64,000 bases of DNA from Squalus acanthias (taxonomy: Eukaryota), in NCBI GenBank assembly GCA_030390025.1, contig CM059432.1:108316001-108380000 (forward strand). The letters are read 5' to 3'. Shown here piece after piece: positions 38,765 through 52,097 of this stretch. Position numbers and translations under genes: made by a program. The notes beneath the pieces are model-generated. The model was not told the origin of the DNA and searched no databases. It saw only the letters and a program-made list of their open reading frames with translations. How positions within the stretch are numbered: position 1 is the stretch's first letter; the number at the start of each line of letters is the position of its first letter.

Positions 38765-39045
38765 TCATTTAGAGATGTGTGAGCTTGGACAGTGAGTGCT
38801 GGTAGGCTAGTCTAACATAGAGTACATCATAGCCAAGCTTGATCCTGTTCTCAATTGGTGTCTACACATCTGCACTTTCCAGCGGAGAGCATTAGATAGA
38901 AATCAGCCTGGCTGATTTTTGTTCTGTAGCCTAGGACCACAATACCAATTGTAGACTCCCAAACATGACTCCTGCTGAGATCAGCGAACACAGTAGAATC
39001 AGGGACCTCTGGGCTGTATGGTTCACCAGGCACTGAGCTATGGGG
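38765..39045 (-). mobile_element. Old unclassified SINE-like repeat
   Basis: Homologous to 12790-13120; head begins atagctcagtg on the minus strand. Confidence 0.5.
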
Positions 39046-39427
39046 AGGTATATTGATTTGCACTTGACCTGGCTACATGACTGTTCTCAAACTATCTGAG
39101 TTGGATGATAGTATGGATGATTGGTAAATATTCTGTAATTTTACCCTTTTACCAGATGCCCATTTTAAGCGCTGTAGCAGAATTCCATCGAGTTTGTGGG
39201 TTTGGGTGTGACTGAGAGCCATGCTTGGTGTGCTGGTGGCTACTTTCAAACTGTGATCTACAATTCAATGCAATGTTCAAACATTAAGCCTGACTTATTC
39301 ATTTTGGAGTTTGAGTGTATGAAATCAAATCAGCTTTCACGGCTGTGTTGAAAACTTAAACCCCTGGTTTCTATTGCCCTTTACAGTGAAGCTAACCATC
39401 AACAGTTTATTACTGTTCATTTCTCAC

Positions 39428-39557
39428 CTAAGCTGTAGTCTCTGCATTCATTTTCTTGGAAACCTCTTACAGATAGAGCATCAGAGGATATCTCCTCATA
39501 TGAATCAGGCAAGTGGTGAATGATGTCAAGCCGAGGCCTTGCACAATGCTCTTTATC
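39428..39557 (-). CDS. VPS41: VPS41 coding exon, 130 bp: DKEHCARPRLDIIHHLPDSYEEISSDALSVRGFQENECRDYSL
   Basis: Acceptor gaatag|GAT, donor TTAG|gtgaga; phase 0-1. Confidence 0.95.
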
Positions 39558-41009
39558 CTATTCCATAAAGAAGAAAGGGTATCTCATTTTCTTATTCACA
39601 TAAACACAGACAAAAATACTATTCCCTATCTCTTGCTTTCGCCTCCCAATAGATCTCACATCAGTGCAAACCACCATTTGATCCGTTGTGCTTCTGATAC
39701 AGAATTGAACTTTTTGGTCTATTTTTTAAGCTTCCCCAGATAACGTGACCAAGAGCAACAAACTTGCCCTCCATTGAAAGATGGATTCCAAGTGACAGTG
39801 GAAACTGGGAAGTGAGCCCTGGTCTCCTAATTGGCAAGTTCATGCTAGGATTCTGCCCTGACACGTGATTATCACTGATTCTTTCAAACCATGTTTAAAA
39901 GCCACTCCCGTAGGCACTCTAACATTAACAACCAGAGGTTAACTGTGACTCTAAAGCAAGTGATGTTAAATGTGTTAAATCTGGCAATTTAACACCTAAT
40001 AAACGTTATGTTTTATTATACACTGACATTGTTTCAATGAATTAAATCTCTCACAGGATGGGAATATTTTGGAACTAGTACTTTTAATCCTTTTTGCAAC
40101 ACACAAAATCGCTTAAAATCGAAAATCTCCCACCTCATGACAAACTCTTATGGTGGTTTCAGTTATTCCCTATACAAAAATCACAAATTTTGGTTATATT
40201 TTCAAAATTTTCTGCAAAAAAAATACTAAAGATATTAGAACCATCTAATATCTAGTTTTCTTCCTATAGATTACCTATAGGTGTGTTCTTCGCAATCTTC
40301 ACACATGGTTCACAAACAAGTATTGCATTAAATTTGGAGAAGTACTTGAGACATTTCTCATTGAAGGTTTTAGCACTACACAAGAGCCCTTTTAGGCAGA
40401 TCATATCATATAGAAGCACAACTGTACGCAAGGTAACCATACATCACCACCTGACCAGATAACACAAGGAGACTGAATCGATACGCAAAAATATTAAACA
40501 CCAAGATGCTTTAGAGTAAGGGGGCAGTGCAGGTAACTAATACATCCATATCTCCCAGAATTTATCCCCTTTCAGATGATCAAGTCAAGACTTATGTTAA
40601 TTATTGATTATCTCAATTTTCTAACATAGGAAAAAAAATGGTAAATGAAACACAGTTCCGAAACACAGTTCCCAGAGAAGTCAAGTTTTGATTGTCCAAG
40701 AAGGAATTGACACGTACAACACCGTGTGGTTGAACTAGTCACCAAGGGGTGTGCGATACAGTGGATAACTTTGCACTTTGGTGTACATACCGAAAATATT
40801 GACAGTGTCTAATGTTAACTTTTGAGGGACAAACCATCTACTTGCAAATAACTACCTTAAACAACATGCTTCTGTCGGACTGATTATAAGAGAGATCTCT
40901 CGGAGCACTTTACAGGGTGGGGATAGTGAGTACAAACTTAAGCCGTGAAGATGGAAGGATGGGGATCAAGAAAGGGCAAACAGGCAATCAAAAACAGGGG
41001 CTTTGAGGA

Positions 41010-41485
41010 GAATGATACTGGGACTTTGAGGGTTAAATTACGAGGACAGGTTGCATAACCTTGGCTTGCATTCCCTTGAGTATAGAAGATTAAAGGGTGA
41101 TCTGATCGAGATGCTTAAAATGTTAAAATGATTTGATAGGGTAGATAAGGAGAAATTATTTCTTCTGGTGGGGGGAATCAAAAACAAGGAGACATCATTT
41201 TCAAATGAGACCACAGCCATTCAGGAATTAAATCAGGAAGCACTTTTTCATACAAACGGTAGTAGAAATCTGAAATAGAAAATGTTGGAAACACAACTTT
41301 CCACCAAAAGTCTGTGGATGCTAGGACAATTGGAGCTTTCAAGACTGAGATTGATAGATTTTTGTTAGGTAAGGGTAACAAGGGATATGGAGCAGGTAAA
41401 TGGAGTTGAGGTGCAGACCAGCCATGAACTAACTGAAGGGCAGAGCAGGCTCGATGGGTTTAATGGCCTACTCCTGTTCTTACAT
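41010..41485 (+). mobile_element. CR1 3' fragment
   Basis: ORF2 C-terminus and 3' UTR similar to the other CR1 copies. Confidence 0.82.
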
Positions 41486-42663
41486 TTTTCAAGACAGGAA
41501 GGAGTTGGAAAGGCAGAGTAGCGTCAAGACAGAAAGTATAAAAAATTACTCAAGGGTCTACATCAAAGGTGCATTTGGACTTTTTCCTCTTACTCATACA
41601 TAAAACACATTGTCATAATCTTCACTATAGCAGTGGTTAGGTCAGAGGAGGAAAAGGAGTGACTGAGGTTTACTGTTGAATTGGAGATTAGGCTTCTCCC
41701 ATCTGATTTTCTGCTCTGATCCACTTTCACCCAGCAACAAAAATGGCTCTTTGACCCTCAAAGGAAATGTCTTAAGATAGTTTAAGGTTTGCTACTCATG
41801 GCATTTGTGTCCTTTTTTGAGGGGGGAGGGGAAAATTAGTGATTTAAAAAGTTTCTCCAGCATTCCAGTATGGCTTCAATCTTTTCACAAAGAGGAGTTT
41901 CCTTCATAAGGGAAGCATAATAACTTTGCATTAAGATTCTCAGAAGGGCTTGAAATATACAGCCAGGCAGAACAGGATGCCGTCAACAACTGAAAATTTC
42001 CACACTTTAAGGACCTTAATAAACTGAATTAGAGCCACTTGCTGGTGCATTGATTTTACTCAGTGGATCTGATAAGCAGCCATCCTTATTTGTAAAAGAC
42101 TTGCCCACATTAGGTTTCATCTACCATTGTCCTACCCACCAACATATTTTGTACTACCCAAGCTGTCTCCTCAGAGTCAAGTGCCCTCCTACTTTGGTAT
42201 TTTGTGCAAATTCAACCACTTTGCCTTGAGTTTCTGAATCCAAGTCGTTGATGTAAATTAAGAACAGTAGGGATTCCAAAAACAATCCCATGGAGCACCC
42301 TACTCAGCACATCATCTCCCCGACACTCGGCATAACTCCTCCAGCAAATATCCACTCTACCCTTCAGCCAGTTTCTTACCCATTCCCAGGTTTTACCCTG
42401 AATCCTTCAACGTTGAGCTTAACATTCATGTGAAACTTGGTCACATAAGCGACGTCATATAGTGATCTGACAGCAAGGAGAAATGGCATGGCGGGTCTTC
42501 GTGTGGTTGAGAAATTTGATCTTTGTAAAATAAAGCCATTATTTTAATATAAAAAAAATCAATACACAATGGGAGAAGACTCTGAACTAAAAGTAGTCCG
42601 CCTACACTTCACCTTCCCTTTAACTGCGCAGTTTTAAATCACTATTTTCGAATGTTCCCTTAC

Positions 42664-42761
42664 CGTCTGTTCAAACACCTCATTCACATACATTAGGAGA
42701 ACGAGACGTTCGCCAAGTGGTGCAAGTCCGCTGATGAAAAACTCTGACTCGAAGGTAGACA
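42664..42761 (-). CDS. VPS41: VPS41 coding exon, 98 bp: VSTFESEFFISGLAPLGERLVLLMYVNEVFEQT
   Basis: Acceptor ttgcag|TG, donor ACG|gtaagg; phase 1-0. Confidence 0.95.
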
Positions 42762-43114
42762 CTGCAAAGAAAAGAAAAACGTTGCACACCACAGCCACTT
42801 TTATATCTATAGAGATGCAAAGAACGTGCCATTATAGTTTGCTGAAGATACGACCCGGTTAGTGCCCTCGTTTCATAATGAATATGGGAAATCATATACA
42901 AAAGAATGAGAGCCATGTGAGAAATAACAGTGGTGGACTCTCCAATGAGATTAGATCTCTGCTAAAACCAATTTTCTTCATTTGTCCTAATCTCATCCTT
43001 GGTAAGATTACGTCTTTTGAAAATGCTGTAACGTACTAAGTACTGAAAAACGTCTGAGTGTATCACTATTTTAATCAAGTATTATTACATTTATAAAGTC
43101 AAGCAAAACCCAAT

Positions 43115-43835
43115 GGGCCGGATATTCCGATCCCTACGGGTGTGTATGCGCTGTGTACACACCCGTAGGGACATCGGAAATGCCGGTTTCAGGCATGCCA
43201 AGCACATGCGCTGAAAACTGGCATTTCTGATCTGTCAAGAATGCTCTTGGCAGATCGGACGCCTGCCCTAGAGAAGGACCTCTGCGGGCGGATAGTTCCG
43301 CTTTCTGGAGAACCTCCGCCCGCAGAAAACCCTTAGAAATCTTACGCCTGGTGAAAGCAGGCGTAAGGCCTGCTTTTACCACCAAATAAGATTTGAAAAA
43401 AAGTAAAAAATAAAATAAAAATTTCCACTCATTTATCATTAAAAAATACTTTAAAAAAGTTTATTTTTAACCCTGTAAAAAACTTTAATTACTTTTTTCA
43501 AAAAATTAAATTTTTGTTTAAAATATTTAATTTATTGTAATTTCAACTAATTTTAAAAATGTGATTTAAATTTTTTTTTTAATTTAATGTTTTAAAGTGT
43601 TTTTGGGGTGATCTCCATTCATATATTTGACAGGTCTATCTGTCAAGTTTATGAAGGGAGATTCCCTTCTTTGATTGGCTCCCCATGGCCCACGTGATCC
43701 CAGGGACGCTTGCGAACCGCATGCGCCTCTGGGATACGTAGGCCCTGCACATTTCGGAGTTGGAGAGGCCCAGGAGCGGAAGTGTCCGGACCTCGGGAGC
43801 CCTCAGGTAAATGCGCAGATTTTTTCCAGATTGGA
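43115..43835. mobile_element. Probable truncated Harbinger-like MITE (only one TIR seen)
   Basis: Starts GGGCCGGATATTCC; CpG-rich ends around an AT-rich core; contains tgacag/ctgtca motifs; no right TIR found. Confidence 0.45.
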
Positions 43836-44129
43836 GGCTCTGAAGTGGTGTTCAATTCACACTTGTTACAATACATGGCCTGTAGAGGGCACTGAAGCTG
43901 CTGTGTTTGAAGATTTTCAACTTTGTAATTCTAAAAGGGAATTGACACCAGTGCCCTTTAGCTGTACTCGTGTTGTAAAGCTAAATATATTCTTTTTCAA
44001 TTTGGAGAGCTCCTTGCAGGATTAAAACATGTAAAATTCGGTTCTATTTTAGTAATTTGAGCCACATTATGAAATGGAGAATTCTACAGTCTGTAAGAAA
44101 AAAAAATCAACACGAAGGCTTCACTGTCT

Positions 44130-45390
44130 GCAGTCACATATAAATAACACTTAGCAGTTATTGTATATCCCAGGAAGGTTATATACCTGTAGTCATCTTA
44201 ATTCTTTAAAAATATGTCCTCTACACTGCATAGCACAAAAAGGTAGAATAGCAAGAATAGCCTTATGGTGGTGTTTACATTTGAAAGGACCCGGACAACA
44301 CCAGTGAAGAAATGTCTTCCATTTATGGTTCCTCAGAAACCTACCTGTATCTCCACCAGAGCAGGCAATGGATCTATAATTAAATGATCATTAAATGATC
44401 ATTGCCTCTCAATAATGGTTGAGAATCCGACCATCTGACTCTTGAAGTGAGATTGCTTCAACAGTACCCAGTGCCTAACAGTGGCAGTGCCAAAGATCTG
44501 CTAGTTTCAAGGCCAATAAAAGGTTGCCAGAATCAAAGCTATGTTCTCTATTTTCACTTTTTGTAGCTCACTGGGGATCAGAGAAACACACATTGGAACC
44601 CAAGAATGAAGACCATTGAGCATCTATGTTTCTATTCCTTCTGCAGGATTTTGCAAGATATATCCAGTTCATAGTTGCAAACAGGTCTATTTTTGAAAAG
44701 CCCAATTCTCAGGGATGTGGTGTGTCATTGAATCATGCACTCAGTCATGCAACTCAATTAAGGACTATTCAGTTAGAACTTTGGCCATGCCAAGCGATTG
44801 GGCAAGAGATTGAAAGCATGGTCCTTATACCAAAGATCAATCTGAAGTGCATCAGTGATGGAGGGACAAAGAATGATTCCTAGCATTTTTTGATGAAATA
44901 CCCAGAGAATTGTTGTAGAGCAGAGCGTGAAAGTCCAACATTACCACCAGAGCCGTGTGGACTTGGCTAAAATCCAAAGATCTCCGATTCATTCTGTGCA
45001 CTTTTTGACTGAGTGCTCTCCCCTCACCCCCAGCATGCACTTCAGGAATTTAGCAATTTATCAGTTATTGATCCCAGAGATGGTGTTGCAGGTCATAATC
45101 TGAACCCTAATAGAACATTTGGTGCTTGGACAAAAGCCTGGGCTATTTTTTTTGCCAGAGTAGAACCATCTGAAGTGATGGACCTCTTCACAAATGGGCT
45201 CCTTGTGGGATTGGAGGAATGTCAATGCTGCATGAGCAACCAGAAATGCGGAACATCTTCCTAACACATCCAGCTCAATCGAGTCATGACACTTGAGCCC
45301 CTGGTATGATGCTTTGTCATATAGAGCCCCAGCTGGTGCTAGAGTCTGACTTGGCCTATGGCAAAGGCAAGGCATCCCTAGAATAACTAT
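44130..45390 (-). mobile_element. Decayed DIRS1-like (tyrosine recombinase) retrotransposon fragment
   Basis: Ordered frameshifted peptides NVLLGFRL*PATPSLGSITD, HSLSLH.DALQIDLW, ELHD*VHDS..NW.FSKIDLFAT, LIPSELQKVKIENIALIL..YWP, HKWKTFLHWC and PSWDI resemble remembered DIRS RNase H, MT and YR regions. Confidence 0.7.
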
Positions 45391-45434
45391 GATGTTTACA
45401 GACTGCTAGCAAACACTGATCCTAGATACAAAAA

Positions 45435-45628
45435 TAACTGCCTCCACCACACTTTCAGGCATTGCATTCCAGATCTTAACCACTTGATGAGTAAAAAAGA
45501 TTTTCCTCATGTCGCCGTTGGTTCTTCTGCCAATCACCTTAAATCTGTGCCCTCTGGTTCTCGACCCTTCTGCCAATGGGAACAGTTTCTCTCTATCTAC
45601 TCTGTCTAGACCCCTCATGATTTTGAAA
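45435..45628 (-). mobile_element. CR1 ORF2 C-terminal fragment
   Basis: ORF 45406..45618: MRGLDRVDREKLFPL..RTRGH. Confidence 0.85.
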
Positions 45629-46064
45629 GAATTGAGATGCCCTTTAATGCAAAAATACTGCCCAATGAATATGGTGGCAGGATAACTGGATCTGCAGTTT
45701 TAGTAAGCAAGAGTCCTACAACTTGGGCCTTCATCCCCATGGGAGCACAGGGTTCTCCCCCCACTCCCCCCGGAGCACAAGCCCCCCACCCTGGAGACTG
45801 GCTTTGCTACCTTTCTATTTAAGTTGGATAAAGAAAAACTAGAATCACCTGATAAAACATACAATGGTTCTGAACTGGCTTGTGCAGCTTGTACAGTCAC
45901 CATTGCTGTCACAGAGGCTGTGCGTCATCTTCCCTCACGGTAGTCCACAAGGTCGGACCCATCAAAAACCCAATTAAACTTCTCAGCTCTGTCGTTAATC
46001 CAAGTTCTGCAACCCAGAAAGCCGAAGCCTCTCTTGCAATCGTTCAAGCCATGCTTGAAAACCA

Positions 46065-46311
46065 GCTTCTTCTCTCAGAGGGTCGCGAATCTTTGGAATT
46101 CTCTACCCCAGAGAGCTGTGGAGGCCGAGTCATTGAATATATTCAAGGCGGAGATTGACAGACATTTGAACTACAAAGGAGTCAAGGGGTATGGGGAGAG
46201 AGCGGGAAAGTGGTGTTGAGGCCAAGATTGGATCAGCCATGATCTTATTGAATGGCGGAGCAGGTTCGAGGGGCCGATTGGCCTACTCCTGCTCCTATTT
46301 CTTATGTTCTT
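46065..46311 (+). mobile_element. CR1 3' end
   Basis: FFSQRVANLWNSLP peptide, 3' UTR and ttcttatgttct tail. Confidence 0.9.
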
Positions 46312-47224
46312 AACACTGGTCACAGCCACTGGTGAGGACAAATGCTCGAGTGCATATTACAGAGTTTGAAGGCCTTTCGTGTGATGAGCAGATGATTACA
46401 AAAAGAGAAATATGTTGACAATGACTCTTTGAAAAACAACAAAGCAGTGAAGAGAAGATCTTCAGCATGAGAAATGACAGAGTGCCAACAAGGACCAAAC
46501 TATGTACTAAGCCACAGTCTCTATACAGTACAAGTCATCCTGACCCTACACCCCTGAAATTCTTCTTGTTGACAACCTGGGCTTCTTTCTGCCCAGAATT
46601 AAGCATGAATTGTTTAATGAGGAATAATAATTTAATGGCCTAATCATGCACCAGTAAACAGAACGTTGCATTGGTGTGGGCAAAGACCATTACAAACGAT
46701 TCAGAATTATGGATCTTTCACACATACATAAGAACTGCAGCAATAAACCCCCATTAGGAAGATCTCTTGCTGTGAACATAACTTCTCAGTATTTGTTTTG
46801 CTCATGTGTATATATGTAATTCTCCTCATCTAATGCCCTTGCACTGTAAGCCCTACAACTGCCACCATGTACGTTCTTTCCAAAATTCAACATTCCTTCA
46901 AACTTCTGTGGAAACTGTTTCCACTGCCAGGAGGGTCAGTATTCAGTGTACACACATTGAAGATAATTGGAAAAAGAACCAGAGAGAATGAGAATTTTTT
47001 TTTTTATACAGCAAGCCTGACAAAGCTTATTAAAACTGACAATCGCACGATATTCATGATAAAAATAACACATTCAAGACATCCGCACGATGTCCAAAAC
47101 CTACTGCTGAGCTGGAAGCTCCTGCAGTATCTCAACTGGCCAATGACAGAATTACTATTTCACAAAGATGTGCTGAATATGTCAAAACAAAAGTGCGACT
47201 GGCTTGAGAGAAGAGAATTCTTAC

Positions 47225-47291
47225 CGATTTCAACATAACGAGTGGGCAAGTCCCTTAGATCAGTGGGATCACGCTCCTTCACCACACATAC
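47225..47291 (-). CDS. VPS41: VPS41 coding exon, 67 bp: VCVVKERDPTDLRDLPTRYVEI
   Basis: Acceptor tttcag|GTA, donor ATCG|gtaaga; phase 0-1. Confidence 0.95.
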
Positions 47292-47764
47292 CTGAAAAAA
47301 GAAATAACAAGGTGCCTTACAAATTAATCACAGTCAGTTAAAGATTCCCCATCTGATTAGAGGGTGCATTGTACAATTTATGATGTTGTACTCCAAACAA
47401 ACTGCTCCGTCTGAAGTCACTTTCTAGTCCATTTGGAAGCTTTAAATGCATTCAAAAGAGCACGTGAGTGGCATCGCACCACATTCTAATGGAGTATACC
47501 CCACATTAATGCCAACACCAATAGGTTTCACTAACAGAAGCATGTTAAAAATATTTACTGCATGATATAGGGATGCAACATGCAGAACTTCAAATAACTC
47601 CCAATTTGCATTAATTTGCCCTGCAGTATGGAGTAAAGACCGCAAGTGCAAAAAATAATCCTCCCTTGATGTGACTGCATTTTACTGAAGGTTTTTTAAG
47701 AACACGTTTCAACTCACTACATCCTCCATTCCACAGGTCCCTAAAACGGAACTGTCCTTCCAGC

Positions 47765-48400
47765 ATCTGCATTCACAGCCTGTAGCTGTGGTCGTATCCA
47801 CCCTCCCCACCCCCAGCGTATACATTCACAGCCTGTACCTGTGGTCGGATCCACCCTCCCCACCCCCAGCGTATACATTCACAGCCTGTACCTGTGGTTC
47901 TCCACCTTCTCTCCGCCCCAGCCTCTGCATTCACAGCCTGTAACTGTGGTTCGCCACCTTCCCTCTGCCCCCGCCTCTGCATTCACAGCCTGTAACTGTG
48001 GTTCTCCACCTTCCCTCCGCCCCCGCCTCTGCATTCACAGCCTGTAACTGTGGTTCTCCACCTTCCCTCCGCCCCCGCCTCTGCATTCACAGCCTGTAAC
48101 TGTGGTTCTCCACCTTCCCTCCGCCCCCACCTCTGCATTCACAGCCTGTAACTGTAGTTCTCCACCACCCCGTCCCTGTCTCGGCATTCACAGCCTGTAA
48201 CTGTGGTTCTCCACCCCCCCCCGTCCCTGTCTCTGCATTCACAGCCTGTAACTGTGCTTCTCCACCTTGTCTCCGCCCCCGCCTCTGCATTCACAGCCTG
48301 TAACTGTGGTTCTCTAGCCCCCCCACCCCCGCATTCACAGCCTGCAGCTGTGGCTCCCCCCCCAACATCTGCATTCATAGCCTCTGGCTGTGCCCCAACA
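47765..48400. repeat. Minisatellite, ~52-bp unit, ~12-13 copies
   Basis: Unit ctctgcattcacagcctgtaactgtggttctccaccttccctccgcccccgc; core cattcacagcctg recurs every 52 bp centrally and degenerates at the edges. Confidence 0.95.
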
Positions 48401-48439
48401 CCCCCCAGAGTTGGCCAGCTCTCAGGCCGCTCTGAAGCA

Positions 48440-48949
48440 ATGTGATTGCACTAGAGAGGGTACAGAGGAGATTTACAAGGATGTTGCCAGGAGTAGAGAA
48501 TCTTAGCTATGAGGAAAGACTGGATAGGCTGGGTCTGTTTTCCTTGGAACAGAGGAGGCTGAGGGGAGACCTTATTGAGGTGTATAAAATTATGAGGGGC
48601 AGAGATAAAGTGGATAGAAAGGCCTATTTCCCTAAGCAGAGGGGTCAAAAACCAGGGGGCACAGATTTAAAGTAATTGGTGGAAGGTTTAGAGGGGATTT
48701 GAGGGGAAATTTCTTCACCCAGAGGGTTGTGGGGGTCTGGAACTCACTGCCTGAAAGGGTGGTAGAGGCAGGAACCCTAACCACATTTAAAAAGTACTTG
48801 GATGTGCACTTGGGATGCTCTAACCTGCAGGGCTATGGACCAAGAGCTGGGAAGTGGGATTAGGCTGGATAGCTCTTTGTTGGTCGGCATGGACACAATG
48901 GGCTGAAATGGCCTCCTTCCGTGCTGTAACTTTCTATGATTCTATGATT
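48440..48949 (+). mobile_element. CR1 3' fragment (different subfamily)
   Basis: ALERVQRRFTRMLPG..RRLRGDLIEVYKIM peptide and (ttctatga)2 tail. Confidence 0.9.
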
Positions 48950-49113
48950 CAATGTACCCTGTAATTTTGTTTGGCGCCACGCGGCCCCATTAAGTTGCTG
49001 CGTGGGCCATTCAAAATACCGCGCAAGCATGGTTTTTGCATTGAAAAGCCGGCAAACCAGCTGCGCGGGATCCCTGGAGCGCTGTGCGGCCGCGTAGCTT
49101 AAAGAGAACATTA
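48950..49113. mobile_element. hAT-like MITE, ~164 bp
   Basis: Ends CAATGTACCCTGTAA...TTAAAGAGAACATTA, related to 57630-57787; TSD weak. Confidence 0.6.
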
Positions 49114-50094
49114 CTCTGACGTCAAGCCCCCCTCCAGCTGTGTGCAGCGGAGCCAGGTCAGGGGGATCTCCAACAGATGTAATTAGAACGGTCTAGCAGG
49201 GAATGAGACAACTTCTTGAGATTCTCCATTGAGAGGAAACTGGTGTTTCCAAAAAATTGTCATGGAAATTCATGACAAATTCAACTTTTTCTTCCATAAA
49301 AAGGAAATAAAAAGTACTCCCTGGACGTTCCTTCCCCTTCAAGTGTATGGGCAGTAAAATTAAATTATCGAATTTTCAAATAACCTGTAATTTAACAAAT
49401 CTCTTCCTGGATCAAGATATAAAGCAAAGCAAACCAATAGCCACAAATTTTAAAAACGTGCCATAAATCACGTGCAGTAACACTTGCTGTCGGGGACCGA
49501 GACCAAAACAGCAGAATGGATTTTTACTTGAACAGATTTTAATCTATTCAGTTTTATTTTCCATTTAAGCATTCTAAACAACTGTCAAGCAAATAGCCAG
49601 GGAAAGAAAATCTAAAATATTTCAAATAAATTTATTATGAGTTACTTTTGATTTCAATGGCGTTCTACTCTTTTTTTGACTGCTTCAGCTTTGCTGTGGC
49701 AAAAATAAATGTTTTAAAAATTATTACTGAGCACTAGAAATTTACAATAATATCTACTGCACATATTAAAAAACGTCTATTTTTGCGAGGGAGTGGATAC
49801 ATAATTTCTTATCCTTCCCTTCTAATTTGAAATCTGGTCATGCCGCAAACAATATCACCAGCCGAGAGAGCAGACACAAGTCTCATCCAATGCTGCTGTC
49901 TCCTGGTCACAAGGAGATATTCGACAGAGGCCAAGGGAAAAGGGCTCTCTTCCGGCAATAATCTTTCAAAATAATAAATGTGACTAAAGAAATGAATGGA
50001 CATTAAGATTATTTTCCGTAACTGGTCTATCTTCATATTTTTGGGAGAATTTAAAACCTTCACAATAGAGCCTTTGATATTAAGTGGAACGTAC

Positions 50095-50241
50095 CTTAAC
50101 GGATGTTGCCCAGCCGATAATGAGCGTTATGTTGTCTTTCCAGCACAGGCTGCAGAGGTACATATCAGGACGAAAGTTTGTATTGTCTCGAGATATGTTT
50201 GTGATTCGCTGCTTTGAGCTAGCATCATATATCTTGACTCC
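50095..50241 (-). CDS. VPS41: VPS41 coding exon, 147 bp: GVKIYDASSKQRITNISRDNTNFRPDMYLCSLCWKDNITLIIGWATSVK
   Basis: Acceptor ctttag|GGA, donor AAG|gtacgt; found by manual translation. Confidence 0.96.
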
Positions 50242-50769
50242 CTAAAGAAAGAATAGCTTGAGTGTGATCAGAGAGGAGTTTAAAAAAAATGAAAAATGAT
50301 TTTCCATTGAAGTGAGTCCCAACACTGAAGGAGATGGTTCGTGTGAGAAGGGGAACCACTTCATCGTAAAGTACTTAACCTCTTGATGTATCCCATGGGC
50401 TTAGTTTTTTTTTTAAACAGATGATGATGAATTAAGACCAATCATTTTCTAAAATGCAAAGCCCAGATGTTTCAAGTAAGGGGATGCTCATGGGGCCAGT
50501 GGTCACCACAGTTAATGCTCTCCATCCAACAAAAAGCAGACCTCGACAAGCTTTGAGATGTTCTCTGTTACCAATATCATGGGCACATAGAGGGTGTCAA
50601 TACTGAAACTCTGGCTCAATAGAAATATCATGTTTAAAATCACAAAGGTACTGACATTTTAGAAGCAATGAAGACATTTTGTGTTATTTGTCTCATTAAT
50701 GCAGTACTCTTTTAAGCTGCATCTAAACATCTCACACATGGGTCACTGAATATAAAAGCAATTAAGTAT

Positions 50770-51220
50770 TATTGAATTTGTACAAGATATTCGTTAGATT
50801 ACAATTGGAGTATTGCATGCAGTTTTAGCCACTCCATTATAGCAAGGATAGTAGAGAACAGTGAAGAATCAGTAGAATATTGGGAATAAAGAAAGGCTTG
50901 AAAAATTGGAACTTTTTACAGCTGAGGTAGAGAAGGTTAAACAGGATTTAATGAAGGTTTTCAAAATTATGGAAGGTTTTGAGAGGGTAAATAGTGAAAT
51001 CAGCAACAAGAGGGCAGAGACTTAGGATTATCGTTAGAAGGATGAAAGGGAAAGTCAGAAGAAGAAATTATTTTTATACAGAGGATTATTACAAACATGG
51101 AATGCTTTACCACATGTGGTTACTGAGGCAGAGACTTAATTTAAAAGAGAACTGTAAAAGTATTTGAAAAGGAAGAATATGAAACGAAAGAGCAAAGAAT
51201 TGCGAATGGGACAGACAGCT
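50770..51220 (+). mobile_element. Very old CR1 3' fragment
   Basis: Degenerate gttagattacaattggagtattgc...tggaatgctttacca sequence. Confidence 0.6.
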
Positions 51221-51309
51221 CCAGTTTACAGTTCCCTCTTAACCTTCTCTGTTCCAGTGACAATTTTTCAAGTTTCTCTATACTATTAGTAGAGCAACAG
51301 ATTCATTAC

Positions 51310-51429
51310 CACACTGTTTGACCACGCAATGAGGTTGCCCCTCCATTTGACATTGGTTATGGTGCCTTCGCCTTCGTGCAATATAGTCGTTTTCCACCGG
51401 TTCAACCAGTTCCGTTCATACAGGAGCAA
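51310..51429 (-). CDS. VPS41: VPS41 coding exon, 120 bp: LLLYERNWLNRWKTTILHEGEGTITNVKWRGNLIAWSNSV
   Basis: Acceptor tacaag|TTG, donor GTG|gtaatg; phase 0-0. Confidence 0.96.
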
Positions 51430-52097
51430 CTTGTAGAGGGGAGGAATAGTAGAAAAATTACTGTCAAAATACAATTCCTACACTTTCTGTACGAGTTTTT
51501 TTCAGCTGTGAGTGATCTTTGCTAAATTAAAACACCTGGCATACAAATATAGAGATACATCCTTATAAAGAAGGAAAAAGATTTTTAATTATGGTTAACA
51601 GCATTGTAGCTATCAGGTGTAATGTACAGTCTTAAAAATCTAAATTAAAAGCTGAATTGTTAACTCTTGACTATTCTTTCCATTATTTTTAATCAGTTTT
51701 CATTTTATTGAATTTTTCTGCTGGATTTGCAGCTTTTCTTCTTGTAACGTGAATCCGTATACCTCATCATTGCCATCACCCTGATAGAAACAGTCAGTGC
51801 ATCTGTAGCATCAACAACCACAAGGGGGCAGAATAATGCAGAGAGAGAAAGATCAAACCAAAGAATGACACACTGGTTATTGAGAGCCATACGAGTAGAA
51901 AATGAGAGTGAGAAAGGAGACGAAAAGGGAAGGAAAGAAATGAAACTAAATCCACATAAAGAAAGAGAGACTTCACCTGGTATCTTGGCTCCATCTATTT
52001 AATGTAGAGAAATTAACCAGTCTGCACTATCCAGACCACCTTTAAACAGTGATATTTTCTGAGTTACCTAATGATGCATTCTTTATGTAGAAAGTTT

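Larger units (their letters stand above)
3014..51429 (-). other. VPS41: VPS41 gene, partial span of 16 internal coding exons (WD40 region to clathrin-repeat region); gene extends beyond both window ends
   Basis: The spliced exons give one open frame of 1531 nt that matches remembered vertebrate VPS41 peptides in order. All introns are GT-AG and all phases are compatible. Confidence 0.97.

Noticed and set aside
47765..48400. CRISPR-like regularly spaced repeats
   Set aside because: The intervening segments are near identical to each other, there are no cas genes, and the context is a vertebrate intron. It is a minisatellite.
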